Part shown: positions 9,622-24,108 of the stretch, one piece after another
Numbering within the stretch: position 1 is the first letter of the stretch
Layout of the letters: every line of letters starts with the position of its first letter
Assembly: GCA_031396445.1 (NCBI GenBank)
Contig: JANNKU010000020.1
Coordinates: 1,302 to 65,301 of the forward strand
DNA from: Deltaproteobacteria bacterium
Lineage (GTDB): Bacteria > Myxococcota_A > UBA9160 > PR03
DNA: 64,000 bases
Direction of reading: 5' to 3'
The notes under the pieces: model-generated
Told to the model about the DNA's origin: nothing
The model's input: the letters and a program-made list of their open reading frames with translations, nothing else
The model's database searches: none
Position numbers and translations under genes: made by a program

Positions 9622-10743
9622 ATGAAGCTCACGATCCCCCGTGCCGAACTCCAGCGTGGTCTTTCTCGCATTCAAGCGATCGTCGAGAAGCGCAATTCGA
9701 TGCCGATTCTCGCGAACGTGTTGCTCCGAGCAACGAAGGGCGACGCGTCTCAACTCGAGATCGCCGCGACCGACCTGGAAGTCGGGATCCGCGGCTTTCA
9801 TCCGGCAGATGTATCGAAGGCCGGGAGTCTCACGGTTTCCGCGCGCAAGCTCTTCGAGATCATCCGCGAACTTCCCGAGGAACCGGTTCAGCTGAGCGCG
9901 ACTGCGAATTCGTATCTCGAGATCCACTGTGGTCGATCGCGTTTTACGCTGGCAGGCACGACGGCAGAGGAATTCCCGACGCTTCCCGAATTCTCACCTG
10001 CTTCGATGGTTCGACTTCCCGCAGCGGTGATTTCGAGTTTGATCGAGCGAACGATGTACGCGTCATCGCTCGATGAGACTCGATACAACCTGAATGGCGT
10101 CTATTTCGAGTTGATGGAAGAAGGGTCGAAGATCCGCATGGTCGCGACGGATGGACATCGCCTCGCGATGGTCGATCGCGCTCTCGCCACCGGTGGGACG
10201 GATCTCGCCAGCGGTGTGATCCTCCCGCGCAAAGGACTCGCTGAACTGAAGCGCCTCGTGGACGAAGACGATGCCGACGAGATCGAGCTCGGCATCGAAG
10301 GCAACAGCGCACTCGCTCGCAAAGGCGAAGTCACGCTGACGATGCGATTGATCGAAGGCGAGTTCCCGAACTACCGCCAGGTGCTGCCGAAGGTGATCAC
10401 GCGCAAAGTGACGATCGCGACGGACATCCTCAGCCAGGCACTGCGTCGCGTCGCGCTGCTCTCGGTCGAGCGCAGCAAAGCGGTTCGCGTGGAACTCAGC
10501 GCGGGCCGACTGCGTCTTTCCGCGAACAACCCCGATCTCGGTGAAGCCAGCGAAGAAATCGACATCGACTACCAGGGCGAGACGCTGACGGTCGGCTTCA
10601 ACGCGAAGTACCTCCTAGACAGCCTTTCGGCCTTCAAAACGAAGGAAGTCGAGCTCGGTCTCGAGGACGAACTCTCGCCTGCCAGGCTGAGCCCGACAGA
10701 GGATGCAGAGACGATTGCCGTCGTCATGCCCATGCGGCTCTAA
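9622..10743 (+). CDS. dnaN: DNA polymerase III subunit beta (sliding clamp)
   Basis: ORF 9598..10743 from ATG 9622: MKLTIPRAELQRGLSRIQAIVEKRNSMPILANVLL..., ...TLTVGFNAKYLLD..., ends VVMPMRL. Confidence 0.95.
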   Translation: MKLTIPRAELQRGLSRIQAIVEKRNSMPILANVLLRATKGDASQLEIAATDLEVGIRGFHPADVSKAGSLTVSARKLFEIIRELPEEPVQLSATANSYLEIHCGRSRFTLAGTTAEEFPTLPEFSPASMVRLPAAVISSLIERTMYASSLDETRYNLNGVYFELMEEGSKIRMVATDGHRLAMVDRALATGGTDLASGVILPRKGLAELKRLVDEDDADEIELGIEGNSALARKGEVTLTMRLIEGEFPNYRQVLPKVITRKVTIATDILSQALRRVALLSVERSKAVRVELSAGRLRLSANNPDLGEASEEIDIDYQGETLTVGFNAKYLLDSLSAFKTKEVELGLEDELSPARLSPTEDAETIAVVMPMRL

Positions 10744-10869
10744 ACCCGCGGCTTAATTCGAGAAAACATCGCTGCTCCTGCCTTTACGCGGTCCCCGCGA
10801 TCGATTAGATTCCGCCCGCCTTTCCGGACCTCGTCGCTGCACGATTGTGTCGCGCCGAGCATCGGGTGA

Positions 10870-13434
<2,565 letters not shown>

Positions 13435-13445
13435 AGGGATCCGAG

Positions 13446-15950
13446 ATGGCTGAAGAAACGCCGCCCCCGCCGGAGGAGCCGACGCCGCCCAGCGCGTCGC
13501 CGCCGGGTGTACCCGACGCCGTCCCGGTGAACATCGAGGACGAGGTTCGCTCCTCGTTCCTCGACTACTCCATGTCCGTCATCATTTCGCGCGCGCTGCC
13601 CGACGTGCGCGACGGCTTGAAGCCCGTCCACCGCCGCATCCTCTACGCGATGCAGCAAGAGGGTCTGCTCCCGTCGCGCGCCTACTCGAAGTGCGCCGGT
13701 GTCGTCGGCGAAGTGCTGAAGCACTACCACCCGCACGGCGATTCCGCGGTCTACGACGCGCTCGTCCGCATGGTGCAGGATTTCTCGCTCCGCTATCCGC
13801 TGATCGACGGCCAGGGCAACTTCGGCTCGATCGACGGCGATCCGCCGGCCGCCTATCGCTACACCGAAAGCCGTCTCGCGAAGATCGCTGAAGAGCTGCT
13901 GCGCGACATCGATCGCGAGACGGTCGACTTCCAGCCGAACTTCGACGGCTCGACCTCCGAGCCGATCGTGTTGCCGACGCGGCTTCCGAACCTGCTCGCG
14001 AACGGCTCCTCCGGAATCGCCGTCGGCATGGCGACGAACGTCCCGCCGCACAATCTGCGCGAGCTGATCGACGCGCTGATCCTCGAAGCGACCGAACCGG
14101 ATTGCACGCTCGAACAGTTGATGGAGAAGATGCCCGGGCCGGATTTTCCGACCGGCGCGCTGATCTGCGGCACCGAGGGAATCCGCTCTGCATACGCCAC
14201 CGGCCGCGGCCTCGTCACCGTGCGCGGTCGCGCTTCCTTCGAAGACACCAAACGCGGTAGCCGCATCATCATCACCGAGATCCCGTTCATGGTGAACAAG
14301 GCGTCGCTGCTCGAACGCATTGCGGATCACGTGCGCGAAGGGCGCATCGAGGGCATCTCGGATCTGCGCGACGAATCGAACCGCCAGGGCATGCGCGTCG
14401 TGATCGAGCTGAAGCGCGACGCGACGCCCGACGTGACGCTGAACCAGCTCTACAAGCAGACGCCGCTGCAGACCACCTTCGGTGTCAACATGCTCGCGCT
14501 GGTGAACGGCCGCCCCGAGACGTTGCCGCTGAAGGACATGCTGCGGCCCTTCCTCGAGTTCCGTCGCGAAGTCGTGATCCGCCGCGCCACCTACGACCTG
14601 AAGCAGGCGGAAGCGCGCTCTCACATTCTCGAAGGCTTCGCGATCATCCTCGACAACCTCGACGAGGCGATCCGCGTGATCCGCGCCGCGGAAGACACCG
14701 CCGGCGCGCGCGCCGCGCTGATGGAGCGCTTCCAGCTCACCGAGCGCCAGACCAACGCGATCCTCGAGATGCGGCTGCGCGCGCTCACCAGCATGGAACG
14801 CCAGCGCGTGATGGACGAGCTGGCCGAGATCCGCGCGAAGATCGAGGACCTCGTCGGCCTGCTCGCGAGCGACGCGCGCGTGCTCGACGTGGTGCTCGAT
14901 GAGCTGCGCGAGATCCGCGAGAAGTATGGCGATGATCGCCGCACCGAGATCACCGGGCCGGTCGACGCGCTCGAGAACGAAGACCTGATCGTCGAGGAGG
15001 AGATGGTCGTCACCATCTCGCACCTCGGCTACGTGAAGCGCAACCGCGCGACCGAGTACCGCGCGCAGCGCCGCGGCGGCAAGGGCCTGCGCGGCATGGA
15101 GACACGCGACGAGGACTTCGTCGAACGCCTCTTCGTCGCCTCGACACATGCGTATGTGCTCTTCTTCACGAACCGCGGCCGTGTGCACTGGAAGAAGGTC
15201 TGGGAGCTGCCGCTCTTCGGCAAAGCCGCCAAGGGACGCTCGCTCGCGAACCTGCTCACGCTGACCGAGGGCGAGCGCGTGCAGGCCACGTTGCCGGTTC
15301 GCAGTTTCGATGAAGCGGGCTACGTCGTGCTGTGCACGCGAAAGGGCGTGATCAAGAAGACCGACCTGTCGGCATTCTCGAATCCGCGGCGCGCCGGCAT
15401 CATCGCGATGAACCTCGACGACGATGACGAGCTGATCGCCGCCTCGCGCACCGACGGTTCGCAGCAGATCTTGATCGCGTCGCGTAACGGCATGTCGGTG
15501 CGCTTCCGGGAAACGGATGTGCGCCCGATGGGTCGCAACGCGATGGGCGTTCGAGGCATCGCGCTGGTCGACGACGATCGCGTCGTCGGCATGGAAGTCC
15601 TGTCGCCGGAAGCGACGGTGCTTTCAGTCACCGAAAACGGATTCGGCAAGCGCACGCCGCTCGACGAGTACCGACTCCAGAAGCGCGGCGGCGTCGGCAT
15701 CATCACGATCCTGACCAGCGACCGGAACGGGCCGGTGATTGGCGTCGCACAGGTCACCGACGACGCGGAGCTCATGCTGATCACCGACGGCGGCAAGGTG
15801 CTGCGCTGTCGAGTGTCGGGCATCTCGACGATGGGCCGCCGCGCGCAGGGCGTGACGCTGATGGATACGGCCGAAGGCGAGAAGCTGGTTGCGATTGCGC
15901 AGCTCGCGGAGTCGGAAGCGGAGTCAGACGAGGGCGCGGCGTCGGAATAG
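13446..15950 (+). CDS. gyrA: DNA gyrase subunit A
   Basis: ORF 834 aa: [29 protein letters not shown], active-site AAYRYTE..., C-terminal beta-pinwheel repeats. Confidence 0.97.
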   Translation: MAEETPPPPEEPTPPSASPPGVPDAVPVNIEDEVRSSFLDYSMSVIISRALPDVRDGLKPVHRRILYAMQQEGLLPSRAYSKCAGVVGEVLKHYHPHGDSAVYDALVRMVQDFSLRYPLIDGQGNFGSIDGDPPAAYRYTESRLAKIAEELLRDIDRETVDFQPNFDGSTSEPIVLPTRLPNLLANGSSGIAVGMATNVPPHNLRELIDALILEATEPDCTLEQLMEKMPGPDFPTGALICGTEGIRSAYATGRGLVTVRGRASFEDTKRGSRIIITEIPFMVNKASLLERIADHVREGRIEGISDLRDESNRQGMRVVIELKRDATPDVTLNQLYKQTPLQTTFGVNMLALVNGRPETLPLKDMLRPFLEFRREVVIRRATYDLKQAEARSHILEGFAIILDNLDEAIRVIRAAEDTAGARAALMERFQLTERQTNAILEMRLRALTSMERQRVMDELAEIRAKIEDLVGLLASDARVLDVVLDELREIREKYGDDRRTEITGPVDALENEDLIVEEEMVVTISHLGYVKRNRATEYRAQRRGGKGLRGMETRDEDFVERLFVASTHAYVLFFTNRGRVHWKKVWELPLFGKAAKGRSLANLLTLTEGERVQATLPVRSFDEAGYVVLCTRKGVIKKTDLSAFSNPRRAGIIAMNLDDDDELIAASRTDGSQQILIASRNGMSVRFRETDVRPMGRNAMGVRGIALVDDDRVVGMEVLSPEATVLSVTENGFGKRTPLDEYRLQKRGGVGIITILTSDRNGPVIGVAQVTDDAELMLITDGGKVLRCRVSGISTMGRRAQGVTLMDTAEGEKLVAIAQLAESEAESDEGAASE

Positions 15951-15975
15951 CGGCCTCGACGCTCCGGTGAGATGG

Positions 15976-17271
<1,296 letters not shown>

Positions 17272-17344
17272 GCGGCCGGAATGCGTCCGCTAGGTTGCGC
17301 GCCGCTTTTTCGGTCGCCGGCCCCTCGCAACGATCCGGGTTCCC

Positions 17345-17620
17345 ATGAGCGAACCCAGCTCGGACAAGCAAAGCGAGGAACGGCGGCGCGGTATCGCGGC
17401 CTACCAGGGTGCGCTGGAGGCCGTCCTCGCGATCGTCATCACCGCAGGGGTCGGCGCGTGGGCCGACCAGCGTTTCGGCACCGAGCCGCGATGGTTGATT
17501 TTGGGGACCTGTCTCGGCTTCGCGGCCTTCGTGCTTCGCTTGTTCCGCATGCGCAAGCTCTTCGAGGACGCGTCGTCGGGCAACCAAGCACCGCCCGCTG
17601 ACAAAGGGACGGACGGCTGA
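17345..17620 (+). CDS. AtpZ/AtpI-family small membrane protein (ATPase_gene1-like)
   Basis: ORF 91 aa with two TM helices, ...AIVITAGVGAWADQRFGTEPRWLILGTCLGFAAFVLRLFRM. Sits at the head of the atpB-atpE block. Confidence 0.6.
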   Translation: MSEPSSDKQSEERRRGIAAYQGALEAVLAIVITAGVGAWADQRFGTEPRWLILGTCLGFAAFVLRLFRMRKLFEDASSGNQAPPADKGTDG

Positions 17621-17622
17621 TC

Positions 17623-18105
17623 GTGCGCTTCGACCCGATGGAACGCCTGAACTTCGGCATCTCGGCCGGCGCGGTCGCCGCGGGCTTCGCATTCGCGTCG
17701 CCCGTGTTCGCGATCAGCCTGGCCTTCGGCGCCGTGATCGAGGCTGCGAACTTTCGCGCACTGCGCGCCGCCGCATCGCAACTCCTCGGTGGCGATCTTG
17801 CCGCAGGGCGCGAAGCGCCTGGCCCTCCGGATCTACAGGTGGGCAAGGCGTGGGCCGCTGGCTTTGGGCTGCGCTTTGGATTTCTGGCGATCGCGATCTC
17901 CGTGGCGCTGAACGCCGGCGCGCATCCGATCGGGCTCGTGGTCGGTCTCTCGACGACGATTCCCGCGGTGATTCTCGGTGCGATCTGGATGCGACCGCCG
18001 GTGCTCGAGGCCGGGCCGGCTCCGCCGCCCGATGATCCGAGCTGGGACGCATGGAATCCCTGGCTCGCACGCGAGCGAGATGCCGCCGCAAGCGAGGAGG
18101 ATTGA
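17623..18105 (+). CDS. Membrane protein, possible ATP synthase subunit I
   Basis: ORF 160 aa (GTG), multi-TM, positioned immediately before atpB where atpI normally sits. No specific motif recognised. Confidence 0.45.
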   Translation: MRFDPMERLNFGISAGAVAAGFAFASPVFAISLAFGAVIEAANFRALRAAASQLLGGDLAAGREAPGPPDLQVGKAWAAGFGLRFGFLAIAISVALNAGAHPIGLVVGLSTTIPAVILGAIWMRPPVLEAGPAPPPDDPSWDAWNPWLARERDAAASEED

Positions 18106-18106
18106 G

Positions 18107-18820
18107 TTGGACGATCAGCTGGCGACGGCGAACTTGGTGGGATTGATCGCGCGCGCGATCGGGGTGGTCGTGCTCTTGCTGCTCGCGAGCGCGGCGGTGC
18201 GGCGCCGCATCGCCGATACGCACGGCGGCATCATCCCCGACGAAGGCGTCACGATCCGCAACGTGATCGAAGTGATCGTCGAAGGCCTCACGGGGCTCGC
18301 GAAATCCACGATGGGCCCCGAATGGCGCAAGTGGTTTCCCTTCGTCGGCGCGATGTTCTTCTTCATCCTGATCGGCAACCTGATCGGCTTGATCCCCGGC
18401 CTCGCCGGCCTCACCGACAACGTCAACACCGCGGCCGCGTGGGCGATCATCTCGTACGTGCTCTTCAACTACGTCGGGATTCGCGAGCACGGCATCAAGA
18501 ACTACCTGATGAAGTACATGGGGCCGAGCTTCTACACCTGGCACGTCGGTGGCAAACACATCCACGTCCGCCCGCTCTTCTTCTTGTTCTTCCCGCTCGA
18601 GACGATTCTCGACGCGGTGCGGATGGTGACGCTGACGATTCGTCTGATCGCCAACATGTACGCGGACCACGCGGTGATCGGCGCGTTCCTGTTGATCGTT
18701 CCCTTCGGTGTTCCCGCCATCTTCATCGGCCTCGGCATGCTGGTGTGCGTGCTCCAGGCCTTCGTGTTTTCGCTGCTCACGATGATCTACATCAACATGG
18801 CGCTCCAAGAGGCCCACTGA
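18107..18820 (+). CDS. atpB: F0F1 ATP synthase subunit a
   Basis: ORF 17978..18820. Conserved ...FILIGNLIGLIPG... and essential-Arg region TLTIRLIANMYADH. Start proposed at TTG 18107, preceded by GAGGAGG and 1 nt after the upstream stop. Confidence 0.9.
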   Translation: MDDQLATANLVGLIARAIGVVVLLLLASAAVRRRIADTHGGIIPDEGVTIRNVIEVIVEGLTGLAKSTMGPEWRKWFPFVGAMFFFILIGNLIGLIPGLAGLTDNVNTAAAWAIISYVLFNYVGIREHGIKNYLMKYMGPSFYTWHVGGKHIHVRPLFFLFFPLETILDAVRMVTLTIRLIANMYADHAVIGAFLLIVPFGVPAIFIGLGMLVCVLQAFVFSLLTMIYINMALQEAH

Positions 18821-18863
18821 GGCCACGACCGAGCGCGGATTCAAGCAAGGAGAGAGATTCGTC

Positions 18864-19178
18864 ATGAAGAACATCATCAAGGTCGCTGTCTGGACGCTCG
18901 TCGCTGCGCTGTTGCCCGTCACCGCATTCGCGGCGGAAGGCGCCGATGCAGGCAACTCGCTCGGCCCGGCGCTCGGCGCGGGTCTCGCGATCGGTCTCGC
19001 CGGTCTCGGTTGCGGCATCGGCCAGGGCCTCACGGCCGGCAACACAACTGCCGGTATCGCGCGCAATCCCGGCGCCGCGGGCGCCATGTTCGTCAACTAC
19101 ATCCTCGGCATGGTGCTCATCGAGTCGATCGCGATCTACGGCCTCGTGATCGCGTTCCAGCTCGTTGGGAAGATCTAG
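18864..19178 (+). CDS. atpE: F0F1 ATP synthase subunit c with N-terminal signal-like extension
   Basis: ORF 104 aa. Core LGAGLAIGLAGLGCGIGQG...ARNPGAAG...MVLIESIAIYGLVIAF, preceded by about 25 extra residues MKNIIKVAVWTLVAALLPVTAFAAEG. Confidence 0.9.
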   Translation: MKNIIKVAVWTLVAALLPVTAFAAEGADAGNSLGPALGAGLAIGLAGLGCGIGQGLTAGNTTAGIARNPGAAGAMFVNYILGMVLIESIAIYGLVIAFQLVGKI

Positions 19179-19201
19179 TCGGGATTCGAAGTCGGGAAAG
19201 A

Positions 19202-19274
19202 CGCCGGACGGGAGCTCGAAGCGGGCCTCACCCCGTTAATGGTTCCCGCGTCGAAACTGTGCCCCCGTCCGGCG
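19202..19274 (+). terminator. Long nested hairpin 24 nt after atpE stop (terminator or structured element, no U-tract)
   Basis: Outer stem CGCCGGACGGG (19202-19212) pairs with CCCGTCCGGCG (19264-19274). Inner stem TCGAAGCGGG (19216-19225) pairs with CCCGCGTCGA (19245-19254). Confidence 0.35.
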
Positions 19275-19470
19275 CCTCCAATCCCTCACGACCCCCGGTC
19301 CCGTCGAAGGGTCGCTTTGGGAAACGTCTTGCGACGCTGACCGTGTTCCCAACGCAAACGATGTGCCGTACGCCGCGCGCAGCCTCTACGCTGCGCGCGT
19401 TGCGTTTCGAGCGAATCGCGCGCGAATTCCGTGAACGCGACGCCATACGGCGTCAGCGCGCAGCCTCGAG

Positions 19471-20079
19471 ATGGGCGTGAACCGCGGTCGGCTGCTCGTC
19501 TTCGAAGGCGTCGATGGCAGCGGCAAGTCGACGCAAGTGCGGCTGCTCGCGGAGCAGCTTCGCGCGAGCGACATCGCGCATCTCGTCACCAAAGAGCCAA
19601 CCGACGGCGTTTGGGGTCGCAAGATCCGCGCGATGGCGCGTTCGGGCGAACTCGTCGCGCCCGAGGAAGAGCTGCGCTGGTTTCTCGAAGATCGCCGCGA
19701 GCACGTCGCGACGGTGCTGCGGCCCGCACTCGATGCGGGAAAGCTCGTGCTCTCGGATCGCTACACGCTCTCGACCGTCGCGTATCAGGGCGCGCGCGGA
19801 CTCGATCCGCAGCGGCTGCTCGCGCAAGCGGAAGCCGAGTTCCCGCTGCCCGATCTCGCGCTGATCTTCGAACTCGAAGCCGCCGTCGGTCTTGCGCGCG
19901 TGCAGGCGCGCGGCGAAATCGCCGAGCCCGCGTTCGAGGAAGCGGCGTTCTTGTCGCGCGTCGCCGCAGTGTTCCGCGCACTCGATCGCCCCTACCTCGC
20001 GCGCATCGACGCGAGTGGCTCGATCGAGAGCGTGGCGCAGCGCATTCGCGCAACGCTGCGCGAGCGACTCGCGATCTAG
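19471..20079 (+). CDS. tmk: Thymidylate kinase
   Basis: ORF 202 aa: LLVFEGVDGSGKSTQVRLL, VTKEPTDG, LSDRYTLSTVAYQG. Confidence 0.9.
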   Translation: MGVNRGRLLVFEGVDGSGKSTQVRLLAEQLRASDIAHLVTKEPTDGVWGRKIRAMARSGELVAPEEELRWFLEDRREHVATVLRPALDAGKLVLSDRYTLSTVAYQGARGLDPQRLLAQAEAEFPLPDLALIFELEAAVGLARVQARGEIAEPAFEEAAFLSRVAAVFRALDRPYLARIDASGSIESVAQRIRATLRERLAI

Positions 20080-20103
20080 CGAGCGCGTCCCTAAAGTGGC
20101 CGC

Positions 20104-20835
20104 ATGCCGACCGAGCCGAGCGCTCTCTCCACGCGATCGATCCCCGCGCGCGAGCGACTGATCGCCGCGCTCGACGTGCCCTCGGCCGACGACGCGCGCA
20201 AACTGGTGCGCACGCTCGGCGACGCAGTAGTGTTTTATAAGCTCGGCCTCGAGCTGCTGATGAGCGGCGAATATTTCCGGCTCGTCGATGAACTCGCCGA
20301 CGCCGGCAAGAAGCTCTTCCTCGATTTGAAGCTCTACGACATTCCCGAAACCGTCGGCCGCGCGGTGCGCAACCTGCGCGATCGGCGCGTGCACTTCGTC
20401 ACCGTGCACTACGACCGCCGCGTACTCGAAGCCGCGTGCCGCGAGCGCGGCGAGATCGGCATCCTCGCCGTCACGGTGATGACCAGCATCGACGCGGACG
20501 ATCTGCGCGACCAAGGCTTCGCGGCCGGCACGGAGCCTGCGGATCTCGTGCTCGCGCGTTCGAAGAGCGCTTTCGATCTCGGCTGCGAGGGCGTGATCGC
20601 ATCGCCGCTCGAAGCCCGCCGCATCCGCAACGCCGTCGGTCCGAAGCTCGCGATCGTGACGCCTGGTATCCGGCCCGCGAAGGTGGACGACGATCAGCGC
20701 CGCGTCGCGACACCGCGTAGCGCATTCGAGAATGGCGCCGACTACATCGTCGTCGGCCGCCCGCTGCGCGACGCACCCGATCCGCGCGCGGCCGCGCTCG
20801 CGATCCAGGCGACGATCACCGAGCTCTTCGAATAG
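20104..20835 (+). CDS. pyrF: Orotidine 5'-phosphate decarboxylase
   Basis: ORF 243 aa: LIAALDVPS..., FYKLGLEL, LFLDLKLYDIPETV, VTPGIR. Confidence 0.9.
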   Translation: MPTEPSALSTRSIPARERLIAALDVPSADDARKLVRTLGDAVVFYKLGLELLMSGEYFRLVDELADAGKKLFLDLKLYDIPETVGRAVRNLRDRRVHFVTVHYDRRVLEAACRERGEIGILAVTVMTSIDADDLRDQGFAAGTEPADLVLARSKSAFDLGCEGVIASPLEARRIRNAVGPKLAIVTPGIRPAKVDDDQRRVATPRSAFENGADYIVVGRPLRDAPDPRAAALAIQATITELFE

Positions 20836-20899
20836 TCCGCGCCGCGGAACGCAGTGCGAAGGGTCAAGCCTCCGCTGCGGCGCGACGACACGGGACTTC

Positions 20900-22828
20900 A
20901 TGCACGACGCCTGGATACCGGTGCTGGTTGCCGGGGCGATGGTCTACCTCGCCCTGGCGCTGGCGTTGGTGCGCACGCGCCCCGGTCCGGGCGCTCGCGA
21001 GATCGGGGCCGCGCTCCTCGCGATCGCGATCTGGGTCGTCACCGCCGTCATCGAATCGCGCACCACGACGCTCGGCGCGTACCTGCAGACTGCAAAGCTC
21101 AAGTACACCGCGATCGCGTTGGTGCCGCCGCTCTTCTTCCTCTTCTTCCTCGAGTACACCGAACGGATGGCGCTGCGCGCGCGCCACTTCGCGCTCGTGC
21201 TCGCACTGCCCGTCATCACGATCGCGCTCACGTGGACCAACGAAGTGCATGGGTGGATGTGGGCGCATCCGCCCTTCGCTGCGAACGGCGCGCTCTCGGC
21301 GCGGCTGCCGTGGGGCCCGTGGTTCTGGTGGGTACACATTCCGTACAGCTATCTGCTGACGATCGGCGGCATGGCGGTGCTCGTCGCCGAACTGTGGCGC
21401 GAGTCGAAGCTGCACCGCTCGCAGGCGCTGCTCTTCCTCTTCGGCATGGCGCTCCCGCTCTCCGTGAACGTGCTCTTCACCAGCGGGCTGATGCCGCCGA
21501 TCGGACGCATCGGTCCGACACCGATCGCATTCGCCATCAGCGGCTTGCTCTTCTCGTGGGGCTTCGTGCGCGGCCAGCTCTTCAGGCTGGCACCGGTGGC
21601 CTATCGCTCCGTCTTCGAACACCTGGAGGACGGCGTCTTCGTCGTCGATGCGCATGGCCGCGTGGCGAACACCAACGAAGCGGCGTTGCAGATCGTGCGC
21701 CAGCCGCGCGAGACGGTGATCGGTTACCGCATCGAAGACGCGCTGCCCGCGCACCCGCACCTCGCCGCCGGATTGCGCTCGCCGAACGCGGTGACGCTCG
21801 CCTGCAACACCGACGACGGTCGCAACCTCGAGGTGCGCATCTCTCCGCTGCGCGCCGAGTCGGGCAAGTCACGCGGTCGCGTCGTGCTGCTGCGCGATGT
21901 CACGCTGCGTGAGCAAGCCGCTGCCGCGCAGCGCGAGAACGAAGCGCTGCTCTTCGGCATCGTCGAGCACTCGCCCAACGGAATCTTGCGACTGCGTCCG
22001 AAGCGCGGCGACGACGGCATCGTGCGCGATTTCATCTGCATCTTCGCCAACCCCGCCGCCGCCGCGCAGATCGGCCGCCCGCGCGACGAGCTGGTCGGTC
22101 GTCCCTTCAAAGGCGCCGTGCACCCGCACACCGCGGCGCTCTTCCAGGTCTTCCGCGAAGCGTTCCAGAGCGGCGAGCGCTGCGAGATCGAACGCGCCGT
22201 CGTGCGCGACGGCCGCGAAGCGTGGCTGCGCTTCATCGCCGTCGCAGCGGGCGACGACCTCGTCGTCACCTTCTTCGACCTCACCGAACGCAAACACCGC
22301 GAACTCGAGATGGAAGCCGCAGCCGCGCAGGATCCGCTCACCGGCTTGCTGAACCGCCGCGGTTTCGAAGCCGACGCGCCCGCGCTGCTGCTTCACGCCA
22401 GCGGCGAGCCGCGCCCGAGCGCTCTGCTCTACGTCGATCTCGATCGCTTCAAAGAGGTGAACGACACGCTCGGCCACGAAGTCGGCGACCTGCTGCTCTG
22501 CGAATTCGCCGCGCGCATGCAGCGCTGCACACGCGGCCCGGATCTGTTGGCGCGCGTCGGCGGCGACGAGTTCGTGTTGCTGCTGCTCGAAACCGGCGTC
22601 GACGGCGCGCTGTGGGTGGCCGAGCGATTGCTCGCCACCGCGCGCGAGCCGGTGCGCATCGGCGGACACGAACTGCTCTGCATCCCGAGCGTCGGCATCG
22701 CGCTCTTCCCCGAACACGGCGTCGAACTGAAGCAACTGCTGCAAGCCGGCGATCGCGCGATGTACGACGCAAAATCGCGTGGCGGCGGCGTCGCGGTGAT
22801 CGCGCCGCTGGGATCCGCGGCGCGCTAA
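20900..22828 (+). CDS. Membrane sensor diguanylate cyclase (7TM N-terminal domain, two PAS-like regions, GGDEF)
   Basis: ORF 20732..22828 from ATG 20900. About 7 predicted TM helices, then DPLTGLLNRRGF...LYVDLDRFKEVNDTLGHEVGD...ARVGGDEFVLLL. Confidence 0.85.
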   Translation: MHDAWIPVLVAGAMVYLALALALVRTRPGPGAREIGAALLAIAIWVVTAVIESRTTTLGAYLQTAKLKYTAIALVPPLFFLFFLEYTERMALRARHFALVLALPVITIALTWTNEVHGWMWAHPPFAANGALSARLPWGPWFWWVHIPYSYLLTIGGMAVLVAELWRESKLHRSQALLFLFGMALPLSVNVLFTSGLMPPIGRIGPTPIAFAISGLLFSWGFVRGQLFRLAPVAYRSVFEHLEDGVFVVDAHGRVANTNEAALQIVRQPRETVIGYRIEDALPAHPHLAAGLRSPNAVTLACNTDDGRNLEVRISPLRAESGKSRGRVVLLRDVTLREQAAAAQRENEALLFGIVEHSPNGILRLRPKRGDDGIVRDFICIFANPAAAAQIGRPRDELVGRPFKGAVHPHTAALFQVFREAFQSGERCEIERAVVRDGREAWLRFIAVAAGDDLVVTFFDLTERKHRELEMEAAAAQDPLTGLLNRRGFEADAPALLLHASGEPRPSALLYVDLDRFKEVNDTLGHEVGDLLLCEFAARMQRCTRGPDLLARVGGDEFVLLLLETGVDGALWVAERLLATAREPVRIGGHELLCIPSVGIALFPEHGVELKQLLQAGDRAMYDAKSRGGGVAVIAPLGSAAR

Positions 22829-24024
22829 CTCTCTTCGCGAGGCACCACCGAACGGAATTGCGCGAGCAGCAGCAGGTCGTAGACGATCTTCAGCGACCCG
22901 GCGATCACCAGCGGCCAACCGAACGAAGTCCATTCGAGCAGCGCGCCCGATAGGAGCGGCGGCAGCGCCGCAGCGAGACTGCGCGGCACATTCGTGACGC
23001 TCACCGCCGCTGCGCGCTCGTCCGGCGGGGTCAACGCGATCACGTACGACTGGCGCGCCGGCACGTCCATCTGCGAGAGCGCCATCCGCGCAACCAGCAT
23101 GGCGATCGCCGAGCCGGCCGTCGGCATGAACGCCGCGGCGACCAGCATCAAGTTCGCGGGGATGTGCGTGTACACCATCGTCGGTACGAGGCCGATGCGC
23201 GCGGCGAGCCACGGCGAGACGAGTTGCGAGAACGCGGAGAGCAGGCGCGCCGCGAAGAACATCGCGCCGGCCGCTTCGAGCGACAGCTCGAAGCGCTGGA
23301 ACAGCCACAGCGCCAGCATGGAATCGACGACGAAGCCGCCGCCAAACGAGTCGAGACTGAAGAGCGCCGCAAGGCGCAGCACTGCGCTGCGCGATCGGTC
23401 GAGGCGCCCGCTGCCAGCCGTCGTCGCGCGCGCCGCGCGACCGCTGCGCAAGCCGAGGTAGAGCGCGCTGATGGCGATCGCGACGGCGCCATACAGCAAA
23501 AAGGGTCGCGGCTGCAACGCGCCCTCGGGCGCGACGAGCAGCGGCACGCCAATCGCGAGCGCGCCGAGCGCACCGAGCAGGATGCCGCCGAGGTTGTAGC
23601 GGGCGAAAAGCGCCGTGCGATCCGCGGCGCCAACGTTTTGCGCGAGCAGCGATTGCTCCGTCGGCAAGAACACGGAGACGTCACCGCCCGACGGATTCAG
23701 CGTGCCGACGAACGCGACGAGCAACAGCAGCGGGAACTCCGAGACGCCAGCGAACGCAACTCCGGTTGCGAGCATCAACAGCGATGCGCCGAGCAGCACC
23801 GTGCGTTCAGGGAGGCGCCGACCGCCGAGCCCGACCGCGAGCGTCAGCGCGGCGGAACCGAGCAGTGTCGCCGTGACGACGGCGCCGACTTGCGCGGCGG
23901 AGAGACCGAGCGCGGCGAGGTGGCTCGCGAGGAGGACGCTGACGAGGCCGTCTGCGAAGCCTCGCATTGCGCGCGCGAAGACGAGGCGGCGGGCGTCGGG
24001 GGTGGCGCTGGCGGGGAAGAGCAT
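22825..24024 (-). CDS. MFS transporter
   Basis: ORF 22825..24102 from ATG 24024. About 12 hydrophobic segments, FARAMRGFADGLVSVLL... Its stop overlaps the cyclase stop (convergent). Confidence 0.8.
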   Translation of the reverse strand: MLFPASATPDARRLVFARAMRGFADGLVSVLLASHLAALGLSAAQVGAVVTATLLGSAALTLAVGLGGRRLPERTVLLGASLLMLATGVAFAGVSEFPLLLLVAFVGTLNPSGGDVSVFLPTEQSLLAQNVGAADRTALFARYNLGGILLGALGALAIGVPLLVAPEGALQPRPFLLYGAVAIAISALYLGLRSGRAARATTAGSGRLDRSRSAVLRLAALFSLDSFGGGFVVDSMLALWLFQRFELSLEAAGAMFFAARLLSAFSQLVSPWLAARIGLVPTMVYTHIPANLMLVAAAFMPTAGSAIAMLVARMALSQMDVPARQSYVIALTPPDERAAAVSVTNVPRSLAAALPPLLSGALLEWTSFGWPLVIAGSLKIVYDLLLLAQFRSVVPREES

Positions 24025-24108
24025 CGGGGACGCAGGGTCGCGCAGAGTGAATGGGGATCGCCACGAGAGGCGGCAGCGCGAAGCGCTCAAACGCGCGTCC
24101 AACCGGCC

